Source: Tubiluchus corallicola (Eukaryota > Animalia > Priapulida). From it: 64,000 nucleotides of DNA. The position numbers and the translations under genes are program-made. The DNA lies in contig JAQGDQ010000006.1 of assembly GCA_030141605.1 (NCBI GenBank), forward strand, positions 62,001-126,000, written 5' to 3'. Positions 56,050 through 64,000 of this stretch are shown here, piece after piece; within the stretch, counting starts at the first letter, position 1; the number at the start of each line of letters is the position of its first letter. The notes beneath the pieces were generated by a model. It was not told the DNA's origin. It saw only the letters and a program-made list of their open reading frames with translations, and made no database searches.

Positions 56050-56940
56050 TTTGCCGTTACATTCATTTCATTTTTTAGGCCTGCTATCTGCTTTTTTCAG
56101 GTTCGCTCACCAAAGAAACACTCTTTGGTCTACATGGGAATTTAAGCCTACTGTGCGAAAAACAAAAAATGGTCTCTTCTAATTTATCTGTTCATGCCAA
56201 TTGCTAAACATGTATTACATTACATTACTGTTTACAGTAAAACAAAAATAAAACAGTAAAACTAAATCTTTAATCCTTATAAACATGGTGCATAAACACC
56301 GGTGTCGAGAATCGAATTCAATAAAAAAATCTTTTTAAGTCCCATATTGGTGTTGTATGAAAATACGTTATGTACTCCAAAGTTTTCTTTTTTAATACAC
56401 GTGCTCACCTTTTTTTGCAGTAAATTATGGTGAAACAAATGGGTTGGGAACGTGTTAGGCCAAATTTTAGCACAGTAAATAAGGTAGAGATATATAAGAC
56501 TATAATACAACATTAGCATCGCTTTGTTGTCTAGTTTGTATTGTAGGCTATTTATAACAGAAATTTTTCTTGCTATTTTTGTTTTTACTTCACCGATATG
56601 TTTTGTCCAGCACAGAGTAGAATCAATATTAACACCTAAAACATCCAATTTGAATCCGGAATACGTATTGAATCTGGTATATACAAAGAGGTATTAACAT
56701 TTTCTTGTCAAACTCACTTTTTAAGCATTTTGCTATTTCAATAAAAGTATACATTTCACAATTCCATCTGCTGTAAAAGTTTGATCATCAATTTTCCATC
56801 AGCCAATTAAAGAACTTTCTTCATTGGCACGGCTAATTAATTTTTTTAATATGTTTAAAGAAAGGTGTGCCATAAATGCCACGCTCCGTTGCTAAAATGA
56901 AAGTGGTTTAGATGAGAAAGGTTAATTAAGGTCTAACCCA
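56050..56940 (-). mobile_element. Decayed LINE (L2/CR1-group, Crack/Daphne-like) RT thumb-region fragment
   Basis: ORF 56648-56277 LGVNIDSTLCWTKHI...LMLYYSLIYLYLIYCAKIW...LLQKK matches LGVxIDxxLxWxxHI...LYYSLIxPYLxYCxxxW...LQKK; boundaries approximate. Confidence 0.85.
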
Positions 56941-58839
56941 AGAGACATAAGTTTAAGTTTACTGGGTCAAAGGAGAGTGCTTTTCGCAACATTTTAGCTA
57001 ATGACCGACTGGCGTGAGTGAGAAACAGATGATTAATTTCCAATTTGTTCATTTAGTGGCAAGAACAGCAGAAATTACACACATTTGATAATCCCTTGAG
57101 AGGTTCAGACTTCACTAATTGCCATGATTTTGCCAGTAAATTGTGTTTAAAAATTTATTGCATTCACTCTTATGTAAAACAATTTGGCTAATGATTGCAC
57201 AATGCTGTTTAGGCCTAACCTTTCGCAATCTCCTGCTACATCTCTATTGTACAAAATGATCAGATCTCCGGTTGGTATGCCCTCTATGCACACGCGCATA
57301 TAAATCTGTGCAGTGTATACAATTCACATTTCTCAATAATGTTTCACCATTTTAAACTATTCCATTCCGTGTTACAAAAAAATCTGTGCTTACACACAGT
57401 TCCAACCTCCCCCACCATCAATGCTATTAAATCCATTTACACAAAATAGGTAACCTACTGTGATTAGAAAAACTGTAACCTATTACTAATACTTTCAGAT
57501 TATCGTACCCCCACCCAACAATCATTGTGAAAACTAAGTGCACGTCTAAAGCGGTCCTTGCGACAATCATTAAACTATATGCGGTTAATACAAATAGCAC
57601 CTGCATATGTACATGATTAAAAACAAACAATTATATTTCAACAAAGCGCCGGTAGTTGTAAAACTGTTTGCTCGAGCAAAATTAATCAAGCTTTATGGAT
57701 TTCAGTAGCAGCTGCCTAAATGAATATCTCTGATTTCAAAGGTTTCAAAGCAATCACCGTGATTAAAAGACTGCATGAGGAATATTATGTAAATTTCACA
57801 CTGTTTTTCATCCTTTGCATGTAATTATCACTTGTCAAGCAGATTTGAAAAGTAGTTTGATCAAAACTTGTTTTTTAATAGAATTTTTCCAATAATCCCT
57901 TTCATAATCAACTTAATATACCCAGTAACTTATAAATAAATTATTTGCGTTGTCTAACCATTAGTAGCTTTCTGTTCCTTGACCAAAGGCTCCATTTGAT
58001 TTCATAAGTAAAAAAAGAATCGTACACATCAGCTGTTTTAGGACTCTATGTTGCTAATTGTTGTTGCTATCAGGTCAGTCAGTCAACTAGATTCTTAAAA
58101 CGATTTTTTAAAAAAATCATTCTAAATTATACTTTCTAGTTTTACAATCTTCTTATTTTCAGATTTTTAAATTTGTTTTATCCAAATGAAATGCTAACTT
58201 TTGTTAGCAAGTTGAGGTGTTCTAATTTAATGCATAATATAATTTAAAGAAAGAATTTTACATTACATTTTATTGGCTAGTAACTATGTTGCAGACATCA
58301 GTTCTCTATTTTAAGATGCCCAATTCCCTACAATCTCTAAGTATAAAATAATTGTTAATAGAATATTACTTTATATCGAAAAGTGTAACCTAGTTCTGAT
58401 TTTTACTCGAATTGTTATTATAAACATTTTGTTCTGTGATTATTTAACGGCAGTATCATAATGCGATTATAGCTGATTACAGCGCCACAGATCGAAAAAC
58501 GCACTTCCGTTTAGCCACAGGAATTTAAGGAAACGTTGTTTGAAATGCATTGGAACGTTAAAATCACAGTTCAAAACTAGTCACGAGAGGCAATTGGAAA
58601 TAGAAGAATAAAGCCACATTAGATCATTCGTTCCCTTACTAAGCTTCAGCAGAACAGACTTACTACACTAACGTGATTTATGGAGAGACTGCTTTGAAAA
58701 TTGTAAATTTAAACGTGATCGTCATTAATGCCAACACCGCACTTTAACTTGAAAAGACAGTGGTAACTTAACATTATCATCAACACTGCACTTTGCCAGG
58801 GAAAGATGATTCTTAACATGAATAACTGTTAATATCTGC

Positions 58840-59010
58840 ATCACCATCATGATCATCAACACACGCCACTTTGTCAATGGATTACGATTCTTACCATTAA
58901 AAACGTGATTATCGTCATCACCATCAGCATCATTACCATCACCATCACCCCCCACCACCACCACCACCACCATCATCATCATAATCAACATCATCATCAC
59001 CATCATGATC
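58840..59010. repeat. Imperfect (CAT)n/(CAC)n trinucleotide repeat
   Basis: Directly visible; explains the low-complexity ORF 58725-59030. Confidence 0.9.
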
Positions 59011-59942
59011 ATTAACATGGCACTTTGCATCTAAGTCACCTATTAACATCTAGGTCACCATTATCATCATTACTATCAACACTGCTACTCATCTATGGAG
59101 AAACAAACTTAATACTGATAGCTGTCAACAACTAAATCATCATTATTATTGTACCGCCACTCCAACACTGCTACCAAGTGATGTTCTTATGAGCACACAA
59201 ACAACCAATGCAGTCAAATACAAAACAAAATAATAAACAAAAATAACTGTCATTATGAAATTTAATCTTCCTTCACAGCTGCATGTTACAGCAAACAGGA
59301 TAGTATTTAGTTAGTATAAAACAATGCGGAAAACAATAAAACGTCTCCCTGTATGTATTTAATAAATTAAATTTGAAAAATAAAGCAGCTGCAGGAGAAC
59401 TTCTCCGTGAATATAAGATTTGATTTAACTAAGCTAAAACTACTGACAACAGCTGCTTAATAACAATATTATGTACAAAAGTTTTGTTACATAATAACAG
59501 TCCACAAGGACTGATATGTTACGGAGATAAAACTACACTGATTTACAGCTTCCCAACTATGAGATATAATTTATGGTAGTATAAAAAGCTGGGATAAAAA
59601 CTAGACAGCTAGACATGATAGTATCAGGACAAGCAGCACAAAACAAAAATGAGTGGTTAGTTAAAGAATAATTAGTTAAGAAAAAAAGTGACACATGCTC
59701 AAGTTTACTAATAGGTTATCAGAAAAAATGTTAAATCTTTGTCACACCTTATTCCTAAAATGATTATTATGCTTAAGTAGCAGCTGGCTATTGTTGGGGC
59801 AATACTTATTCATTGAAATGAAGTGCTAAAGTCAATCAAACAAAAATAATTAGTGTCCTCTATAGATGTTAGAGAAAAGTATATGCTGTTTTTTTGCAAA
59901 ACTGTAATGCTTAAGGCCAAAGTTACCTGTGTAATAACCAGA

Positions 59943-59948
59943 TTTATT
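59943..59948 (-). promoter_or_regulatory. Candidate polyadenylation signal AATAAA
   Basis: TTTATT on + strand ~190 nt downstream of the TAA stop; hexamer is common in AT-rich DNA and the UTR may be longer. Confidence 0.35.
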
Positions 59949-60140
59949 GCACATAAATAAATATGGAGGTGTAACAAACAGTTAAATTTATGTTAATGGA
60001 AGTGATAGAGTTCACTGCAGATATAGACTTGAATTTGATAAAAATGATAAACTGAAAAATAATTGAGAGAAAATGTAACTGTAAAATAAACAATTGATTC
60101 ATAATTGTAGTTAAACAAAGCATAAGAGAAACAAATTCTG

Positions 60141-61420
60141 TTATACAGATGACTCTGCTAAATATATATTTGCCATTATCGGTACTGCATAATTGTGCTG
60201 ATTGCCATTTCCATCTCCGTTCTGCGAATCAGCCACAATCTTGGGAACTTTATTTACATCGCTATTATGTTTCGCATCTAACCAGTTTAACTCATCTATA
60301 TCACTTACACCACATACGGTGTGCCGACGTTTTTCACGTCCAGTCCTACGGGAAACTTGCGGAGTGGACAACTTCAGTTTCTGTGTTTCCAGATTAAAGG
60401 CAGTTTTTACACATTTTGGCGGTATTGGACTTAAGTTTCTAATCAGTTTTTGTTTGGAAAGCTTAAAACTATTACTTTCTCCCAATCGATAATGCGGATC
60501 GAGCAAAATTTTCAATTTCTGATCAAAATTTGCATTTTTTAAAAGTTCTCTGCCATCATCAGACAAAGACGAATGGGACGAATGACTAGTTAATCTACCA
60601 TGCACAGAATCATGTGAAGTTTTGCACACAAGGCACTCATCGTGAATTTGTTCCCATTTATCTACAGCATTATGAGAAGCAGACTTTTGCATAGGCCGAT
60701 GCTGCAGATGAAACCCTCGCTCGGATATTTTCTCTTCATCAAAAATGCACTCCATACTGGTTGAGGTATTAGAATCAAGAGAACCCCGCCTGAGCTGCAG
60801 GGATAATTTATTGTTCGTACTAGCTGCTGTAGTAGGACCACTAGTATATAATGACAATGGAGCAGATTTGGTACTGCCGGTGCTGGACAAAGAGTTATAA
60901 TCAGATGTTAACACGGGATTCTTTGTTTCACTGGCATCCAACTTACTTGAAGAACCACTATTGGTACTATTAGTCTCAAAAGCATTATTTTTTGCACTTG
61001 GTAAAATTGATGACGTAGTTGAATACTCTGACATTTCATCTCTTACAGTTTGACTTACCACGACCACATTGCTGTTAGAATTAGTATTTAAAGTATCATA
61101 TTTACGAGTTGAAAATGGATCTTTGTCGTCTTCATCTCTGTCCAGATCATCTTTCAGTCTTTGCCACTCTCGTTCAATCCGGTGCCTATCTGCCTCACGC
61201 TTCTGTCGTTCTTGCTTTTGCCGTTCCTTCATCTCTTGGCTTCGTGAAAAAGCCTCGCTCATGGATGGAACCTCACTGACAGTTTTGCGAGGCTTGACAT
61301 GCTTATTATTATGATATGTAGTAAAATTACGTTGAAATGGAGAAGGCCACTTTGTAGCATAGTGTGATCGCGAATCAGCATCGGAACTATCTGGTGATTT
61401 GATGTCAGAGCTCTGGGGAC
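60141..61420 (-). CDS. ARHGAP21: Terminal coding exon of the same ARHGAP21/23-like gene (Ser-rich tail, coiled coil, RRHT motif, C-terminal PDZ ligand ESSV)
   Basis: Acceptor ttttctgtag|GT (AG at 61422-61421); A|GT junction with the upstream exon gives in-frame Ser, then PQSSDIKSPD... continuing without stops into the 373-aa ORF to TAA at 60143-60141. Contains EMKERQKQERQKREADRHRIEREWQRLKDDL (coiled-coil-like), KRRHTVCG (cf. recalled RRHTLGG of ARHGAP21) and -ESSV*. Exon itself is very secure; family call less so. Confidence 0.8.
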
Positions 61421-62073
61421 CTACAGAAAATTAAAAATAACTTTCTGGTTGTAAATTAATTTTTGCACATACTTAACATAAAGCACTAATGCTTGAAATG
61501 ATGCACTAATGCTTGAAATGTAACATTTAACAAAATATTGCACATTACTACAAGGAACAATGCCAATAATATCTTCAAAGTAACTTACAATTTGATTATC
61601 CATCAATTGCTTTTTTATCTTCAGCAAAAATAACGTATAAATACAAGCAATAGAGCTCCCATGATCTTATAACCAATGCACTTTTGGTTCAGTTGGCATT
61701 GAAATCACAACCTTAATACATTTTAAAACATTTCCTATAAATGTATGACTTATCCATAAGTTACTGCATTTGGTTGAAGGTATTACCCAGGTTATATCAA
61801 AAGTGAACAAAAAAAGTTGAACCTTTACAAATTTTCGACGGGCTAGTGACCAGACTCCACCATCAAATACTTGAATTTTCAGTTTTTTCCAACATTTTTT
61901 TATTTTTTATATTTTCTGTTGCTGTTTTTTTAACTGCTTATCAGACAGAAATCAGGCCCTTTCAATTACAGTGAAGTGGTGCAGACACAATTATAGTCAG
62001 TGGAAAGTTTAAATCAAACCTCAAATTGCTCGAGTTTAGCTTAACTTAAGAAAAAAATCATATGAGCACATAC
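61421..62073 (-). other. 653-nt GT-AG spliceosomal intron (phase 1)
   Basis: GTATGT donor and pyrimidine-rich TTTTCTGTAG acceptor; removal restores the reading frame between two ORFs. Confidence 0.85.
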
Positions 62074-62451
62074 TGTCTTGTTTTTGAATAGTAAATCGTG
62101 AGTTGCCACTGGAACTCGACACTACCGAGCTCTGACGGGTCGAATGTTTGGAGTTGGAAACTCGAAACGGAGGCGACGTGGGTGACAGCATAGGAGATGT
62201 CCAAGATGACAGTCCCGTATCCGTAGAGCTCTGACTATTTAACACACCTCTCTGCTTCTGTAGCATGGCTTCTCTGCTTGCAGATGATCTTAGTGTGATC
62301 TCTTCATCAATGTTTCGCTCGGAAAACGTAAATTCACTGATGTCGCTTTCGTCAGAAACGTACGTCGGCCTTTCCTTTTTCTTGCCCATCTTTTTGCTGG
62401 CTGCCGAAATTATAGAGGAAACTATGTCTTTGGTTATTCTACTATCTTGGT
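62074..62451 (-). CDS. ARHGAP21: Internal (penultimate) coding exon of an ARHGAP21/23-like Rho GTPase-activating protein
   Basis: Minus-strand acceptor tattttcag|AC (AG at 62453-62452) and donor GACA|gtatgt (GT at 62073-62072), both phase 1; open frame (D)QDSRITKDIVSSIISAASKKMGKKKERPTYVSDESD... resembles, from recall, the post-RhoGAP motif of ARHGAP21/23 (LLVSSIFAAASRKRKK...SSSEDE). The RhoGAP domain itself is not in the window, so the symbol is family-level. Confidence 0.7.
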
Positions 62452-64000
62452 CTGAAAATAAACAAAACAACATAAATTCAATGTTTACTGCTGGTACAAT
62501 GTTATAAAAACACAACAGGCTCAAACAACACTACTCAGTTTCAAAAATTGTCAGAGTCAAATGTACACTTTCTGCCAAAAAATTTTTGCTACTTCTTTTT
62601 ACAAAATTGCTAATTTTAACATAAACTATATTATTGTATGTAAAATTTAAGGATGGACACTTGTTACTTAGATTCTTTGAAATATAATTTACCAAACAGG
62701 ACATCACAGAAACAAAGATAATAATTGATTTATTTCACAAGTTCACGGTTGATTAAAATCCACAAAGCCTTACAACCATTGTAGTTCTCAGGATCAATAA
62801 ATGCATTGGCTATGATCACATGGTTTCGAGCATCAAAACTGGTATCACCAAAATGCAAGCTAAATAATAACATTCAACAACATCTGAAGGAAAACGTCAG
62901 ATTTAGCATATGTCATCCCAGCGTAATCAACTACATCCAGCTCCATAAATGACTATCATTTTTGAGAGCCCATGGTCAATTATTAAAACCGGGATGACAT
63001 TATGATGCACAAACTGTGCAACCATAGTTTCCACACAGTAAACAAAGCTGCACTCCTGTAGGAAAACTTGCAACTTGCCAGTAATGCTGCCTAACTTAAA
63101 AATTTAATCTATAAATTTGGCTCGTATAAAGAGTTAAGAGAGAAAATGCATTCAAGACCACAATACTTTAGTTTATACAACACTCATAATAATGGAGCTT
63201 TTCATCTTGAGAAGTTAATTCTACTTTTTCACGTATGGTGTTCCTGCATACCACGACTAAATCAGCACAATGCACGACGTCATGGCAATACTTAAAGCAG
63301 GTACAAATGTTAGCAAATTCCGCTGACCTAAATTATAATTTGTTTCACCAGGTGCTATGTGTCCAGAAAACAACTAATTTGCACATAACATAAGTAACTG
63401 AAAAGTTCACTTGCAAAAGTAACACAAAAATTCTTAATTTAGGTAAAAAGACAAAACTATATATTTCAAAATAAAGCAGTTCTTAGCAGTTTCTGTTCAA
63501 GTTTGTTTTGCCTATACATGCATTAAATTAAATCACAAAAAATTTATATTTTAAAGAAAAATATTATTGCTCACTGCTATACAAATAAAACTGTTAGTAT
63601 GATGGATCAACAAACAAAGAACTCAGTCAAACTAATAATAAACTTCACAATCAAAAATGCACGAAACACGATGGTCTAAACCTCACACTGCTTGAAGAAA
63701 AATATGCTATATTCACCATGGCATTTGGACTGAGACCATTTTTACTGTAACTGTCACTCCAAAACCAAACAGAAGCAGTAAATATAATCAGAGTTTGTCT
63801 GGAATAAGGAGCACTTAAATATAGATTATGAAATTATTTTATGTAGGTGAAAAAGTTTCGGATATCATTAGAAACACATTAACTGCAAAAAGTAAACTCA
63901 AACCGTGTAAAGCTCTTGTTAAACCTATATGCTACACTATCGATGCTAAATAAAAACAATATAAATTAGCTATTATTAATTCATGATTATTTTTAGAACA

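Noticed and set aside
60149-62507. Plus-strand ORFs 60149, 60202, 61069, 62265
   Set aside because: Antisense shadows of the real minus-strand exons.
63680-63750. Possible further upstream exon of the RhoGAP-like gene
   Set aside because: No acceptor/donor pair giving a convincing open frame with the required phase-1 end; 62452-64000 treated as intron.

Overview
AT-rich eukaryotic (most likely invertebrate metazoan) genomic DNA, almost entirely non-coding; no prokaryotic operons, rRNA, intact tRNA or CRISPR array seen. The only well-supported host gene is the 3' end of a minus-strand gene at the right edge (exons 62451-62074 and 61420-60141 joined in frame by a GT-AG intron), whose motifs resemble the C-terminal half of ARHGAP21/23 (RhoGAP19D/PAC-1) and which ends in a PDZ-binding -ESSV. 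The rest is intron/intergenic-like sequence with decayed mobile elements (a TIR-bounded pogo/DDE_1 element, two Tc1/mariner derivatives, LINE 3' fragments, Harbinger- and Kolobok-like MITEs, a three-copy foldback-like family, a possible tRNA-derived SINE), many microsatellites and two separate GC-rich minisatellites that share a 68-bp period. Splice signals hint at a second large minus-strand gene running off the left edge (candidate first exon ~41.1-40.7 kb, small exons at 11.0 and 5.8 kb). Most short ORFs in the track are spurious. I found no convincing novel multi-gene system; the findings are modest. Family assignments rest on recalled motifs, not database searches.
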